DNA of 64,000 nucleotides from an uncultured Clostridia bacterium (GCA_963558185.1 CAUWFE010000005.1:768-64767), one strand, 5' to 3'; positions 19,301 through 30,286 are shown, counted from the first letter of the stretch. Numbers and translations are program-made. The notes: generated by a model not told the origin, from the letters alone.

Positions 19301-20608
19301 ATGAAAGTAGGATTTATATCATTAGGTTGTAGTAAAAATTTAGTAGATACAGAAATGACAATAGGGTTATTTAAAAATCATGGATATGAGATTGTAAATA
19401 AGTCAGAAGAGGCTGATATTTTAGTAATTAATACATGTGGATTTATAGAATCTGCAAAAGAAGAGGCTATTAATACAATTCTTGAAATGGCAGAATATAA
19501 AAATAAAAAATGCAAATATTTAATAGTTATGGGCTGTTTAGTACAAAGATATAAAGAAGAATTAGAAAAGGCTATTCCAGAAGTAGATTTATGGATAAAA
19601 TATGATTCATATGAAACTATATGGGAGCAAATACAAACAGTACTTGCAAGACCAACTAATAATGATAAATTAAATTTTTTAGATAGGGTAATAACCACAG
19701 GTGAAAATTATGCATATTTAAGAATTGCAGAAGGTTGTAGTAATTTTTGTACATATTGTGCAATACCAAAAATAAGAGGTCCATTTATAAGTAGACCTAT
19801 AGAAGAAATAATAGAAGAAGCACAAAAATTAGCAAAAGAAGGATATCATGAATTAATAGTAATTGCACAAGATACTACAAAATATGGTATAGATATTTAT
19901 GGAAAACCACGTTTAGCAGAACTATTAAGAAAAATATCAGAAATTCCAGAAGTACATTGGATACGTTTTTTATATGCATATCCAGAAACTATTACAGAAG
20001 AATTAATTAACGAAGTAAAAAATAATGATAAGATATGTAAATATTTTGATATTCCAATACAACATATTTCAAATTCTGTATTAAAAAGAATGAACCGTAA
20101 AACAAATGGTGAAAGCATTAGAAATATAATTAAAAATTTAAGAAAAGAAATTCCAGAAGTAGTAATTAGAACTACAGTTATGGTAGGTTTCCCAGGAGAA
20201 ACTAAGGAAGATTTTAATGAATTATATGATTTTATAAAAGAAGCAAAATTTGATAAATTAGGCGCTTTTGCATATTCAAAAGAAGAAGGAACAGCAGCTG
20301 AAAAATTAAATGGTCAGATTCACCCAATGACAAAAAAATCTAGGTATAATAAGATTATGCTATTACAACAAGAAATAGCAAAAGAAAAACTACAAGAGCA
20401 AATAGGAAAAAGTTTAGAAGTACTTATAGAAACAAAAACCTTTGACGGAAAATATTATGTAGGAAGAAGTTATAGAGATGTTCCTGATATTGATGGATAT
20501 GTATATGTAAAAATGGTACCACAAGAGTTAGAAGGAAAATATGTAAAAGTAAAAATAATTGATAGTAAAGAATATGATTTAATAGGAGAAATAAAGGCTA
20601 CTAGATAA
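19301..20608 (+). CDS. rimO: Ribosomal protein S12 methylthiotransferase RimO
   Basis: 435 aa. UPF0004 N-domain (SLGCSKN), radical SAM CSNFCTYC, C-terminal TRAM. The last three codons and the stop lie inside a MITE insertion (see findings). Confidence 0.88.
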   Translation: MKVGFISLGCSKNLVDTEMTIGLFKNHGYEIVNKSEEADILVINTCGFIESAKEEAINTILEMAEYKNKKCKYLIVMGCLVQRYKEELEKAIPEVDLWIKYDSYETIWEQIQTVLARPTNNDKLNFLDRVITTGENYAYLRIAEGCSNFCTYCAIPKIRGPFISRPIEEIIEEAQKLAKEGYHELIVIAQDTTKYGIDIYGKPRLAELLRKISEIPEVHWIRFLYAYPETITEELINEVKNNDKICKYFDIPIQHISNSVLKRMNRKTNGESIRNIIKNLRKEIPEVVIRTTVMVGFPGETKEDFNELYDFIKEAKFDKLGAFAYSKEEGTAAEKLNGQIHPMTKKSRYNKIMLLQQEIAKEKLQEQIGKSLEVLIETKTFDGKYYVGRSYRDVPDIDGYVYVKMVPQELEGKYVKVKIIDSKEYDLIGEIKATR

Positions 20609-20852
20609 TGTTTTTTTAAAATTAATACAAGGAATGCCCTGGAATATAAGCTTTTCATTGCATTCCTTAGGTTTATTACGAAATTTAAGAAATTCTAATT
20701 TATTTTATGGCACCCTTCCACTAAAAGTGAACTCTTTCCATAAAATTGCACAGAATTTCTAAAATTTCTCCATAAACATTCGTCATTTCATTCAAAGCTT
20801 ATATTTCAAGGCATTCTAGCAAAAAAATAATAAAAAAACATTATCTAGTAAC
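20597..20852 (+). mobile_element. MITE-like element, copy B (full length, 256 bp)
   Basis: Termini gctactag...ctagtaac are inverted. An inner ~25-bp inverted repeat is gaatgccctggaatataagcttt / aaagcttatatttcaaggcattc. Flanked by a perfect 8-bp duplication aaataaag (20589..20596 and 20853..20860). Confidence 0.85.
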
Positions 20853-20933
20853 AAATAAAGTAAAAAAATATAACATATTCTCTTTTGTCGGAATATAATA
20901 TATTATAGAATAAAACAATGAAAAGAGGAGAAT

Positions 20934-21161
20934 ATGATAACTTTAAATCAAATAAAATTAAATCAAGAGGTAAAAATACATAAAATAGAATGTATTGAAA
21001 GTATAAAAAGAAGAATGTTAGACTTAGGAATGATAGAAGGAACAACTATCAAACCAGTTTTACAAAGTGCAATAGGAAATTTAGTGGCATATGAAATAAG
21101 AGGAACGCTAATTTCTATTAGAAATGAAGATGCTAAAAAAATTACAATAGAACTTAAGTAG
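20934..21161 (+). CDS. feoA: Ferrous iron transport protein FeoA
   Basis: 75 aa. SH3-like FeoA pattern (RRMLDLGMIEGTTI...EIRGTLISIR). Confidence 0.88.
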   Translation: MITLNQIKLNQEVKIHKIECIESIKRRMLDLGMIEGTTIKPVLQSAIGNLVAYEIRGTLISIRNEDAKKITIELK

Positions 21162-21186
21162 AAAATATTTAAGTTCTATTTTTTTG
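21147..21186 (+). terminator. Rho-independent terminator overlapping feoA stop
   Basis: atagaacttaa/ttaagttctat 11-bp stem followed by a T7 run. Confidence 0.65.
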
Positions 21187-21311
21187 TTATAAAATTTTAG
21201 GCACGCTTTTTTTATTACGGCCATAATATATTATAAAATAATAAGGTAATAAAGGTTGAAAAAGAATTATATCCAACTTAATTTGTGCCTTGAGGGAGGA
21301 ATGAGGTAAAT

Positions 21312-23429
21312 ATGGGGTTAACTGCAAAGGCAATGGGAACTAAATTATTAAATAAAGAAAAAAATGTAGAATATAATTATAAAGTTGCTATTGCTGGAAA
21401 TCCAAATGTGGGGAAGTCAACAATATTTAATAATTTAACAGGAATGAAACAACATACAGGAAACTGGCCAGGGAAAACAGTAGAAAATGCCACAGGAAGT
21501 TGCGATTTTCATAAAAATAAATATTTATTTGTAGATATTCCAGGTACATATTCTTTAATGTCAAATTCAGAAGAAGAGGAAATTGCAAGAGATTATATAT
21601 GTTTTACAAAATTAGATGCAACAATAGTAATTGTTGATGCAACAAGTTTAGAAAGAAGTTTAAATTTAGCTTATCAAATTATTGAAATGACAGATAATGT
21701 AATAATATGTGTAAATTTACTAGACGAAGCAAAGAAAAAAGGTATTAATATTAATTTAAAAAAACTACAAGAGATATTAGGAGTTCCAGTTGTAGGAACA
21801 ATAGCCAAAAAGAAATCTACATTAAAAAAGTTAATGGAAACATTGGAAAAAGTAGTAACATCAAAAGAAAAGAAAAAAGGAAATTTTATTCTATATCCAC
21901 AGCATATAGAAAATGTAGTGCAAGAAATTAAAGAAAAAATATCATTTAATGACGAATTGAAAAAAAGATGGGTAGCAATAAAAGTATTAGATGGAGATAG
22001 TAAAATATTAAAATCTATTGAAAATAATATACAAATAAGTATTAGCAAAAATAAGCAACTTGAAGAATACTTGAATGAAAAAAGAAAGATAAAAGAATTA
22101 AAAAAAGAAAATGTAAGAGATACAATAATAGGAACAATAGTAAAAAAAGCAGAAGACATTTGCAAAGAAGTAGTAAATTTTGAAAAAACAGACTATGATA
22201 AAACAAATAGAAAAATAGATAAAATATTAACATCTAAAACTTTTGGTATACCATTAATGATATTATTTTTAGGACTAATTTTATGGATTACGATAATAGG
22301 AGCTAACTATCCTTCGCAAATGCTATCTGATTTTTTTGGTTGTATACAAGAAAAATTATATATAATTGCAGATAATATTAATTTCCCCAATTGGTTAGAA
22401 AGTATACTAATAGATGGTGTATATAGAACACTTACGTGGATTATAGCAGTAATGTTACCTCCTATGGCTATATTTTTTCCATTATTTACACTATTAGAAG
22501 ATTTAGGGGTGTTACCAAGAATTGCATTTAATTTAGACAAATGTTTTGAAAAAGTATGTACATCTGGAAAACAGGCACTTACCATGTGCATGGGATTAGG
22601 GTGTAATGCAGCAGGTGTAATAGGGTGTAAAATCATGGACTCACCTAGAGAAAAAATAATAGGAATGATAACAAATTGTTTTATGCCATGTAATGGAAGA
22701 TTTCCATTTTTAATTACAGTTTCAACTATATTTATTGGTGGATATGTAGCAAATGGATTTAAATCAATAGTGTCAGCGTTAGCAGTTTTATTAGTTATAA
22801 TATTAGGCATAATATTTACTTTGTTAATATCTAAAATTTTATCTAAAACAATATTAAAAGGTGCTAATACAAGTTTTATGTTAGAGCTTCCACCATATCG
22901 TAAACCACAGATGGGTAAAATCCTAATAAGATCAATTTTTGATAGAACACTATTTGTGCTAGGTAGAGCAATATTAGTAGCAGCTCCTGCTGGAATTGTA
23001 ATTTGGATATTTGCTAATATTATGATAGGTGATAGTAGTATATTAACAATAGTAGCAAACTTTTTAAATCCTTTTGCTAAACTTATGGGATTAGATGGAT
23101 ATATATTAACGGCATTTATATTAGGATTACCAGCAAATGAAATTGTTTTACCAATTATTTTAATGAGTTATATGGGAAAGGGAATAATGGTAGATATAGA
23201 AAGTACATTTACAATAGGAGAAATTTTAATACAAAATGGCTGGACTTTATTAACAGCTATAAATGTTATGATATTCACATTATTACATTTTCCATGTAGT
23301 ACTACTTTATTAACAATAAAAAAAGAAACTGGAAAATGGAGATGGGCAATATTAGCATTTATAATTCCAACTTTATGTGGAATTATATTATGTATGTTAA
23401 CAACAGGAATATATAATATAATAATGTAG
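21312..23429 (+). CDS. feoB: Ferrous iron transporter FeoB
   Basis: 705 aa. N-terminal G-domain GNPNVGKST, DIPGTYS, then a polytopic permease. Confidence 0.93.
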   Translation: MGLTAKAMGTKLLNKEKNVEYNYKVAIAGNPNVGKSTIFNNLTGMKQHTGNWPGKTVENATGSCDFHKNKYLFVDIPGTYSLMSNSEEEEIARDYICFTKLDATIVIVDATSLERSLNLAYQIIEMTDNVIICVNLLDEAKKKGININLKKLQEILGVPVVGTIAKKKSTLKKLMETLEKVVTSKEKKKGNFILYPQHIENVVQEIKEKISFNDELKKRWVAIKVLDGDSKILKSIENNIQISISKNKQLEEYLNEKRKIKELKKENVRDTIIGTIVKKAEDICKEVVNFEKTDYDKTNRKIDKILTSKTFGIPLMILFLGLILWITIIGANYPSQMLSDFFGCIQEKLYIIADNINFPNWLESILIDGVYRTLTWIIAVMLPPMAIFFPLFTLLEDLGVLPRIAFNLDKCFEKVCTSGKQALTMCMGLGCNAAGVIGCKIMDSPREKIIGMITNCFMPCNGRFPFLITVSTIFIGGYVANGFKSIVSALAVLLVIILGIIFTLLISKILSKTILKGANTSFMLELPPYRKPQMGKILIRSIFDRTLFVLGRAILVAAPAGIVIWIFANIMIGDSSILTIVANFLNPFAKLMGLDGYILTAFILGLPANEIVLPIILMSYMGKGIMVDIESTFTIGEILIQNGWTLLTAINVMIFTLLHFPCSTTLLTIKKETGKWRWAILAFIIPTLCGIILCMLTTGIYNIIM

Positions 23430-23516
23430 AAGTTAAATAATTCTTAAATTTTGAAAATGAAATAAGTAATAATAGAAGAGAAGAACAGCATATAAACGCT
23501 GTTCTTAAATATATAT

Positions 23517-24380
23517 TTAGCTATTTAAATATGACTTTAAATCATTTAATAAATTACGAGTATCATTAATGCCGTCTTTATATAAATTTTCTAATTTCTT
23601 AGTATCTTTTTCTAATCTTGAAACTTCAACTGGTTTTTGAGGTCTAATTACGAAAATTGTACCTTCATTTTTTAATTTTTCAATTTTATTTTTTAAACGA
23701 TTATATCTTCTTGGCATTGTATAAATTTTTTTTATTAATTTAGGATATTTTTTATACTTTGTAGCATATATCTTTTTTAAACTGTTAGCAATTTCTGGCT
23801 TTTCATAACTTTTGTCCCTTGTAAGAACTACAATAATTTTATCAAATTTATTATTTATAGCCCAGTCTATAGGAATAGAAGTACTAACTGCTCCATCTAA
23901 GTATGGAATGTCATTAATAAATACCATGTCTGAAGCAAGTGGCATGCTAGCTGAAGCTTGTACACAAGGAAACATATCAGAAACTTTTCCATTTTCAAAA
24001 AATTCACTTTTTCCAGTAATGCAATTAGTAGCAACAGCAATAAATCTTTGCTCAGAATTATTAAATTTATCAAAGTCAAAAGGTACTAAATTATGAGAAA
24101 TTTCTCCGAATAGATAATCAAATCCAATTAAGCCTTTATTTGATTTTATGGCTTTTGCACCAATATATCTTGGATCATTATGATATTCTAAATTAATTTT
24201 GGCAGAGCGTCCTTTTTGCTTAGTAATATAATTCATACCATTTAAAGCTCCAGCAGATACACCAATTACGCAATCTGCAATGATATTTTCTTCTAATAAA
24301 ACATCTAATACGCCAGATGTATATACTCCTCTTAAGGCTCCACCTTCTAGAACTAATGCAATTTTTTTCAAATTTATCAA
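23517..24380 (-). CDS. Patatin-like phospholipase
   Basis: 287 aa. GGALRG oxyanion motif and GVSAG (GxSxG) nucleophile elbow. Confidence 0.85.
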   Translation of the reverse strand: MINLKKIALVLEGGALRGVYTSGVLDVLLEENIIADCVIGVSAGALNGMNYITKQKGRSAKINLEYHNDPRYIGAKAIKSNKGLIGFDYLFGEISHNLVPFDFDKFNNSEQRFIAVATNCITGKSEFFENGKVSDMFPCVQASASMPLASDMVFINDIPYLDGAVSTSIPIDWAINNKFDKIIVVLTRDKSYEKPEIANSLKKIYATKYKKYPKLIKKIYTMPRRYNRLKNKIEKLKNEGTIFVIRPQKPVEVSRLEKDTKKLENLYKDGINDTRNLLNDLKSYLNS

Positions 24381-24583
24381 CCCTTTCTAACTATATGTGA
24401 GTTATTCAATAAGAAAAGTGGCTTTGCCACATATAAAAAGCTTCGCTAAACATTTCACACAAATTTTATTTCATAAAATTTGGCGGGCGAACAAACATGA
24501 GGCATGAAAAGTTATTTAAAATGTGTAAAAATATTAATTATGCCTCTTTTGTTTTAACATAATGAAATTAAAATTGTTTTAAG

Positions 24584-24610
24584 TAAAAAAATAAGCGTAT
24601 AAACGCTTAT
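24584..24610 (-). terminator. Rho-independent terminator of rubrerythrin gene
   Basis: ataagcgt/acgcttat stem. The minus strand has a U-run after the hairpin. Confidence 0.65.
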
Positions 24611-24626
24611 TCCATATTAATATATT

Positions 24627-25160
24627 TTAATAATTTTCAGCTTTTACTTCAAAGAAAGATTGTGGATGTTTGCAAACTGGACAAATTTTTGGAGCTTCTG
24701 TTCCAACTACTATATGTCCACAATTTCTACATTTCCAAATAACGATACTTCCTTTTTTGAAAACTTCTCCATTTTCTAAGTTTTCTAATAATTTTCTGTA
24801 TCTTTCTTCATGCTCTTTTTCAATAGCAGCAATACCTCTAAAAGCTGCAGCTATTTCATTAAAACCTTCTTCTTCAGCTTCTTTAGCAAATGTATCATAC
24901 ATATCTGTCCATTCATAATTTTCACCAGCAGCAGCATCTGCTAAATTTTGTTTTGTATCTCCAATACCATTTAAAAATTTTAAATGTATTTTAGCATGTT
25001 CTTTTTCATTTTCAGCTGTTTCTAAGAATAAGTCAGCAATTTGTTCATATCCTTCTTTTCTTGCAACACTAGCAAAATATGTATATTTATTTCTAGCTTG
25101 AGATTCACCAGCAAAAGCTGCTTGTAAATTTGCTTCAGTTTTTGATCCTTTTAATTCCAT
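24627..25160 (-). CDS. rbr: Rubrerythrin
   Basis: 177 aa. Ferritin-like di-iron ExxH motifs plus C-terminal rubredoxin CRNC...CPVC. Confidence 0.92.
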   Translation of the reverse strand: MELKGSKTEANLQAAFAGESQARNKYTYFASVARKEGYEQIADLFLETAENEKEHAKIHLKFLNGIGDTKQNLADAAAGENYEWTDMYDTFAKEAEEEGFNEIAAAFRGIAAIEKEHEERYRKLLENLENGEVFKKGSIVIWKCRNCGHIVVGTEAPKICPVCKHPQSFFEVKAENY

Positions 25161-25322
25161 AAATTATACCTCCTAAAATATTATTTACGATATATTTATA
25201 ATATAAAAAAGTAAAAAAGTCAAGTAGAAAAAAAGATTAGATTTATTTAAAATATCTATTGAAAAATATGTTTAAATTATATAAAATATAGTCGAATAAC
25301 AAATATGAAGGGAGAATTTTAA

Positions 25323-25784
25323 ATGGAAAAAATAAGAGGTTTTGAAGTAGCAAATGGTTTTGAAAATGAAAATATAAATTTGCCAAAAAGAAAAACAAAA
25401 TTTTCAGCTGGTTATGATGTTGAGGCTGCTGAAGATATTGTAATACCAAGCTTTAAAAAAGGAATGAATCCAACATTAGTAAAAACAGGAGTAAAAGCGT
25501 ATATGCAAGATGATGAAGTACTAATGCTATATAATAGAAGTTCAAATCCAAAAAAGAAAGGATTAATTCTTGCAAATAGTGTAGGAGTAATAGATAAAGA
25601 CTATTATGGAAACCAAGATAATGATGGACATATAATGTTTGCTTTCTACAATATAAAGGAAGAAGATATAGAAATAAAAAAAGGAGAATGTATAGGACAA
25701 GCAATATTTCAAAAATATTTTTTATCAGATGATGATAATGCTGAAGGCGAGAGAACTGGCGGATTTGGTTCAACAAACAAATAA
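25323..25784 (+). CDS. dut: dUTP diphosphatase
   Basis: 153 aa. SAGYDV.., GVIDKDYYG, GGFGST motifs of trimeric dUTPases. Confidence 0.85.
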   Translation: MEKIRGFEVANGFENENINLPKRKTKFSAGYDVEAAEDIVIPSFKKGMNPTLVKTGVKAYMQDDEVLMLYNRSSNPKKKGLILANSVGVIDKDYYGNQDNDGHIMFAFYNIKEEDIEIKKGECIGQAIFQKYFLSDDDNAEGERTGGFGSTNK

Positions 25785-25843
25785 AATTTACAATTTGACA
25801 AACTAAATAATATACATAAAATTAGAAAAAATTTGGTAAATGC

Positions 25844-25872
25844 TTTGACTTTTACCAAATTTTGTAGTATAA
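25844..25872 (+). promoter_or_regulatory. Sigma-A-type promoter upstream of carD-like gene
   Basis: TTGACT-17 nt-TATAAT. The -35 is embedded in the inverted repeat tttggtaaa/tttaccaaa. Confidence 0.55.
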
Positions 25873-25955
25873 TAGATACAGTGGTTGAAAAAGAGAATCG
25901 AAACCTTTCTTAACTTACAAAAAACAAAGTAAATGCGTAGAGGAGTTGATTTTAA

Positions 25956-26525
25956 ATGTTTAATGTAGGTGATAAAATTGTTTATCCAATGCACGGGGCA
26001 GGAACTATAGATGCTATAGAAGAAAAAGATATATTAGGTGAAAAACAAGCTTATTATATTATAAAAATGCCAGGAGAAGTTAAGGTAATGGTTCCAACAG
26101 CGAGAGCTGAAGAAATCGGAGTAAGAAATGTAATAAATAAAGAAAATGCCGCAAAAGTATTAGAAATACTAGAAGAAAATGAAACAGAAATGTCAAATAA
26201 TTGGAATAAAAGATATAGAGATAACATGGATAAAATGAAAAGTGGCGATATCTATGAAGTAGCAGATGTTGTTAGAAATTTAGCATTTAAACAAAAAGAA
26301 AAAGGCTTATCAACAGGTGAGAAAAAAATGTTAAATAATGCAAAACAAATATTAATAAGTGAACTTGTTTTAGCAGAACATGCATCACAAGAAGATGTAG
26401 AACAATTAGTTGATAATAAAATTCAAATGTCATTTAATGAATTCAAAAATCATGATGAAAATATTGCAGCAGTTGGAAATGATATAGTAAAAAAATTTAT
26501 TCCGTTTGATGGAACAAGCATATAA
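25956..26525 (+). CDS. carD: CarD/CdnL-family transcriptional regulator
   Basis: 189 aa. N-terminal FNVGDKIVYPMHGAGTI..I (RNAP-interacting Tudor-like domain). Confidence 0.85.
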   Translation: MFNVGDKIVYPMHGAGTIDAIEEKDILGEKQAYYIIKMPGEVKVMVPTARAEEIGVRNVINKENAAKVLEILEENETEMSNNWNKRYRDNMDKMKSGDIYEVADVVRNLAFKQKEKGLSTGEKKMLNNAKQILISELVLAEHASQEDVEQLVDNKIQMSFNEFKNHDENIAAVGNDIVKKFIPFDGTSI

Positions 26526-26650
26526 AGCAAAATGAAAAAGAGACTTTTATAAGAAAGTTTCTTTTTTTCGCAAAAAATGACATTACATAAAAGAAGGATT
26601 TATGTCTATTATGTCGAATAATATAATTATGATAAGAAAGGTAGCCAAAA

Positions 26651-28435
26651 ATGGTAAGATATAGTGATGAATTAATTGATGAAATAAGAAATCGAAATGA
26701 TATTGTAGATATCATATCACAATATGTAGTATTAAAAAGAAGTGGCAGAAACTTTTTTGGATTATGCCCTTTTCATAAAGAAAAGTCACCATCATTTGCT
26801 GTTTCACCAGACAAGCAAATTTTTCATTGTTTTGGGTGCGGAGTAGGTGGTAATGTATTCCACTTTATAAGTAAAGTAGAAAATATCAGTTTTATAGAAA
26901 CTGTACAAATGTTGGCAGAAAGAACAGGAGTGCAATTACCAACATTAGATAATAATGAAGATAATGAAAAAGCAATGTTAAAATCAAAAGTTTATGAAAT
27001 CAATAAATTGACAGCAGAATTTTATCACGAAAACTTATATAAACCGACTGCCAAATTAGCACAAGAATATGTAAAAAAAAGAAAATTAGACAATAGCACA
27101 TTAAAGAAATTTTTAATTGGATATTCGCCTGCAAGCAATAATGAATTATACCAATATTTAAAATCAAAAGGCTTTTCTGAAAAAGAAATTTTAGCATCTA
27201 CATTAGTAAATAAAACAAATGATGGACATTACATAGATAGATTTAGAGGAAGGTTAATGTTTACTATACAAGATACACGAGACAGAGTAATCGCTTTTGG
27301 AGGAAGAGTATTAGATGATAGTAAGCCAAAATATATAAATTCTTCAGAAAACATTGTATATAGTAAAGGCCGACATTTATTTGGTTTAAATATTGCAAAA
27401 AAATCAGAATCTAAAAAAATAATAATAGTAGAAGGATATATGGATGCTATTTCTTTACATCAAAGAGGAATTGATAATGCAGTTGCATCTTTAGGAACAG
27501 CAATGACTGAGGCTCAAGGAAGACTATTAAGAAATAGTGCAGAACAAGTTATTATAGGATATGATGCTGATGGAGCAGGACAAGCTGCAACAATGAGGGG
27601 CTTAGAAATTTTGCAAAGCTTAGGCTGTGACATAAGAATATTGCAAATAGAAGGAGCAAAAGATCCAGATGAATTTATTGTAAAGTATGGACCTGAAAGA
27701 TTTCAAAAATATGTTGATTCTGCAATTTCATTAGTAGAATATAAAGTAAAAATGCTAAAAAAAGACTTAAACTTAGAAATGGCAAATGATAAAATTAAGT
27801 TTTTAAAAGAAATAGCTAAAATATTGTCTACTGTAACAAATGAAATTGAAAGAGAAGTATATATTGAGAAAATATGCTCACAATATAATATTTCGAAAGA
27901 GGCTATATATTCAGAAATTTCAAAAATGCAACAAAGTAAAAAATCAAATGTAAAGTTATTGCAAAAATCAAGACCTCAAATTAATACTGAAAGTAATAAA
28001 ACATCTAATGAACAAGAAGATAAAACAGAAAGATTAGTAATTTATTTGCTAATAAATCACAAAGAAGAAGCATATGAGGCAATAAAAGCAAATATTAAAA
28101 TAGAGGATTTCAAAAGTGAAAAAAATAGACAGATAATAAAAAAATTGTATGAAGAATTTGAAAAAGGAGATAGTAATATAGATAATGTACTAAATTGGTT
28201 TGAAAATCAAGATATTATCAATTATATTTCATGGATTCTTGCATATGATTTTGAAATTACAGAAATACATAAATGCATAGAAGATGTTATTAATATTTAT
28301 AAAAAGAACAAATTAGTATCAAGAAGAAACGAAATTATCAAAGAACTAGAAAGTACAGCATTAAGTAGTGAAAATGTGACAGATTTGGAAAATGAATTAA
28401 ATAACATTATTATAAAATTAGCTAAATTAAAATAG
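26651..28435 (+). CDS. dnaG: DNA primase
   Basis: 594 aa. Zinc ribbon [16 protein letters not shown] and [19 protein letters not shown]. Confidence 0.95.
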   Translation: MVRYSDELIDEIRNRNDIVDIISQYVVLKRSGRNFFGLCPFHKEKSPSFAVSPDKQIFHCFGCGVGGNVFHFISKVENISFIETVQMLAERTGVQLPTLDNNEDNEKAMLKSKVYEINKLTAEFYHENLYKPTAKLAQEYVKKRKLDNSTLKKFLIGYSPASNNELYQYLKSKGFSEKEILASTLVNKTNDGHYIDRFRGRLMFTIQDTRDRVIAFGGRVLDDSKPKYINSSENIVYSKGRHLFGLNIAKKSESKKIIIVEGYMDAISLHQRGIDNAVASLGTAMTEAQGRLLRNSAEQVIIGYDADGAGQAATMRGLEILQSLGCDIRILQIEGAKDPDEFIVKYGPERFQKYVDSAISLVEYKVKMLKKDLNLEMANDKIKFLKEIAKILSTVTNEIEREVYIEKICSQYNISKEAIYSEISKMQQSKKSNVKLLQKSRPQINTESNKTSNEQEDKTERLVIYLLINHKEEAYEAIKANIKIEDFKSEKNRQIIKKLYEEFEKGDSNIDNVLNWFENQDIINYISWILAYDFEITEIHKCIEDVINIYKKNKLVSRRNEIIKELESTALSSENVTDLENELNNIIIKLAKLK

Positions 28436-28446
28436 GGGGTATAAAA

Positions 28447-29571
28447 ATGAGTGTGTCTGAAGAGCCAGCAGATTTAAAAAAAGAAGATAATGTAGCATCA
28501 AATGAAAAAAAAGTTAAAGAAATAATAGAAAAAGCAAAATCTAAAGGAAAGATAACATATGGAGAACTTGCAACTGAATTAGGAGATGTTAATCCAGAAC
28601 AAATAGATAAAGTATTTGATGCTTTTGAAGATTTAGGTGTTAACATTTTGCAAGAAGATATGGAAGAACCAGAATTAGAAGATTTAGAAGATGTAGAAGA
28701 TATTAAGTTAGAAGATATTGATTTAACTAATATGGACGGAATTAATGTTGATGATCCTGTAAGAATGTATTTAAGAGAAATTGGTAGAATTCCATTATTA
28801 TCATATGAAGAGGAGTTAGAATTAGCAAAAAGAGTTTTAAATGGGGAAGAAACAGCAAAGCAAAAATTAACAGAATCTAATTTAAGACTTGTTGTAAGTA
28901 TTGCAAAAAAATATGTAGGAAGAGGAATGTTATTTTTAGACCTTATACAAGAAGGAAATATGGGCTTAATAAAAGCAGTAGAGAAGTTTGATTATACAAA
29001 AGGATTCAAATTTAGCACATATGCTACTTGGTGGATAAGACAAGCCATAACAAGAGCTATTGCAGACCAAGCAAGAACTATAAGAATTCCAGTTCATATG
29101 GTTGAAACAATTAATAAACTAATACGTACATCAAGACATTTATTACAACAATTAGGTAGAGAACCAACACCAGAAGAAATTTCTAAAGAAATGGAAATTC
29201 CAGTAGAAAAGGTAATGGAAATACAAAAAATAGCTCAAGACCCTGTATCTCTTGAAACACCAATTGGAGAAGAAGATGATAGTCACTTAGGAGATTTTAT
29301 TCAAGATGATGATAGTCCTGCACCACAAGATTCAGCAGCATATACATTATTAAAAGAACAATTAGAAGATGTAATGAATACATTAACACCTCGTGAAGCT
29401 AAAGTTTTAAAATTAAGGTTTGGCTTAGAAGATGGAAAAGCAAGAACTTTAGAGGAAGTTGGAAAAGAATTTCAAGTAACAAGGGAAAGAATAAGACAAA
29501 TTGAAGCTAAAGCGTTAAGAAAATTAAGACATCCAAGTAGAAGTAAAAAATTAAGAGATTATATGAATTAA
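28447..29571 (+). CDS. rpoD: RNA polymerase primary sigma factor
   Basis: 374 aa. Regions 1.2-4.2 are recognisable ([45 protein letters not shown]). Confidence 0.95.
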   Translation: MSVSEEPADLKKEDNVASNEKKVKEIIEKAKSKGKITYGELATELGDVNPEQIDKVFDAFEDLGVNILQEDMEEPELEDLEDVEDIKLEDIDLTNMDGINVDDPVRMYLREIGRIPLLSYEEELELAKRVLNGEETAKQKLTESNLRLVVSIAKKYVGRGMLFLDLIQEGNMGLIKAVEKFDYTKGFKFSTYATWWIRQAITRAIADQARTIRIPVHMVETINKLIRTSRHLLQQLGREPTPEEISKEMEIPVEKVMEIQKIAQDPVSLETPIGEEDDSHLGDFIQDDDSPAPQDSAAYTLLKEQLEDVMNTLTPREAKVLKLRFGLEDGKARTLEEVGKEFQVTRERIRQIEAKALRKLRHPSRSKKLRDYMN

Positions 29572-29574
29572 AAT

Positions 29575-29620
29575 ATAAAGTACTATAAATTGTAAAACAA
29601 CTTTGTAGTACTTTATTATT
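29575..29620 (+). terminator. Terminator after rpoD
   Basis: ataaagtacta/tagtactttat 11-bp stem followed by a T-rich tract. Confidence 0.6.
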
Positions 29621-29664
29621 GTGCATAGAGGGGAAATTTTTACTATAATATTTTGAAAATGAAA

Positions 29665-29795
29665 GATACTAGTTAATGTTTTCTGTAAATTAATGCAAAG
29701 AATTTCTAAAATTTCTCCATAAACATTCGTCATTTTATTAAAAGTTTATATTCCAAGGCATTCTGGCAAAAAATAAAAAAATATTATCTAGTTAC
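29665..29795 (+). mobile_element. MITE-like element, copy C (internally deleted, 131 bp)
   Basis: Termini gatactag...ctagttac. Perfect 8-bp duplication aaatgaaa at 29657..29664 and 29796..29803. Lacks the central ~120 bp of copy B. Confidence 0.8.
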
Positions 29796-29908
29796 AAATG
29801 AAATAAAAAGGTTACATAAAAAACTTGCAAAATTAAAAAATATATGATAAAATTAAAATTGTTAATAAATGTAAAAGGAGGAAGCTACATTTATTGTAGT
29901 AAAAAATT

Positions 29909-30286
29909 ATGAAAAAAGCAATAAAAGAAAATAGAATAATTGCATTGTTTAAAAGAGTTATGCTTGATGAAGATATTCCAGATATAGAAAATGATAATGA
30001 AACAAAAATGACTGTAGATCCAAGAGTTAGTAAAAGTGACATAGATATTTTTAGAGAAGATAAAGAAATAAGAAAAAAAATGGAGGAACAGCAAGAAGAA
30101 AAAAGAAAGCAAGAAGGAATGCCAGAAAGACAAAAAGCAAAAATAGAGAAAGCAAATATTAATTCTAGAAAATCAAGTGAAAATATACCAAACCATGAAA
30201 TTAATAATCAAGTATTACAATCAAAAACTAAAATTAGAGATGATAATAGAATAAAACATGAAGATTATGATGAACGAGAACTATAA
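29909..30286 (+). CDS. Hypothetical K/E-rich protein (doubtful)
   Basis: 125-aa ORF, highly charged, with no nearby SD. Confidence 0.3.
   Translation: MKKAIKENRIIALFKRVMLDEDIPDIENDNETKMTVDPRVSKSDIDIFREDKEIRKKMEEQQEEKRKQEGMPERQKAKIEKANINSRKSSENIPNHEINNQVLQSKTKIRDDNRIKHEDYDEREL

Noticed and set aside
20853-20933. Fur box upstream of feoA.
   Set aside because: Only generic AT-rich sequence is present, with no convincing 19-bp GATAATGATAATCATTATC-like palindrome. A PWM scan would be needed.
24381-24560. Possible riboswitch/attenuator in the long 5' region of the patatin gene (minus-strand hairpin gtggcaaagccac followed by a T-run ~45 nt before the start).
   Set aside because: I could not match it to any known riboswitch core. 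It could equally be a terminator of an unrelated upstream transcript, so the evidence is too weak to report as a feature.
29551-29733. Small minus-strand ORF (MTNVYGEILEIL...) inside the repeat family; considered as a conserved micro-protein.
   Set aside because: The reading frame and stop position differ between copies B, D and C because of 1-nt indels and an internal deletion. There is no SD, so the conservation is at the DNA level (MITE).
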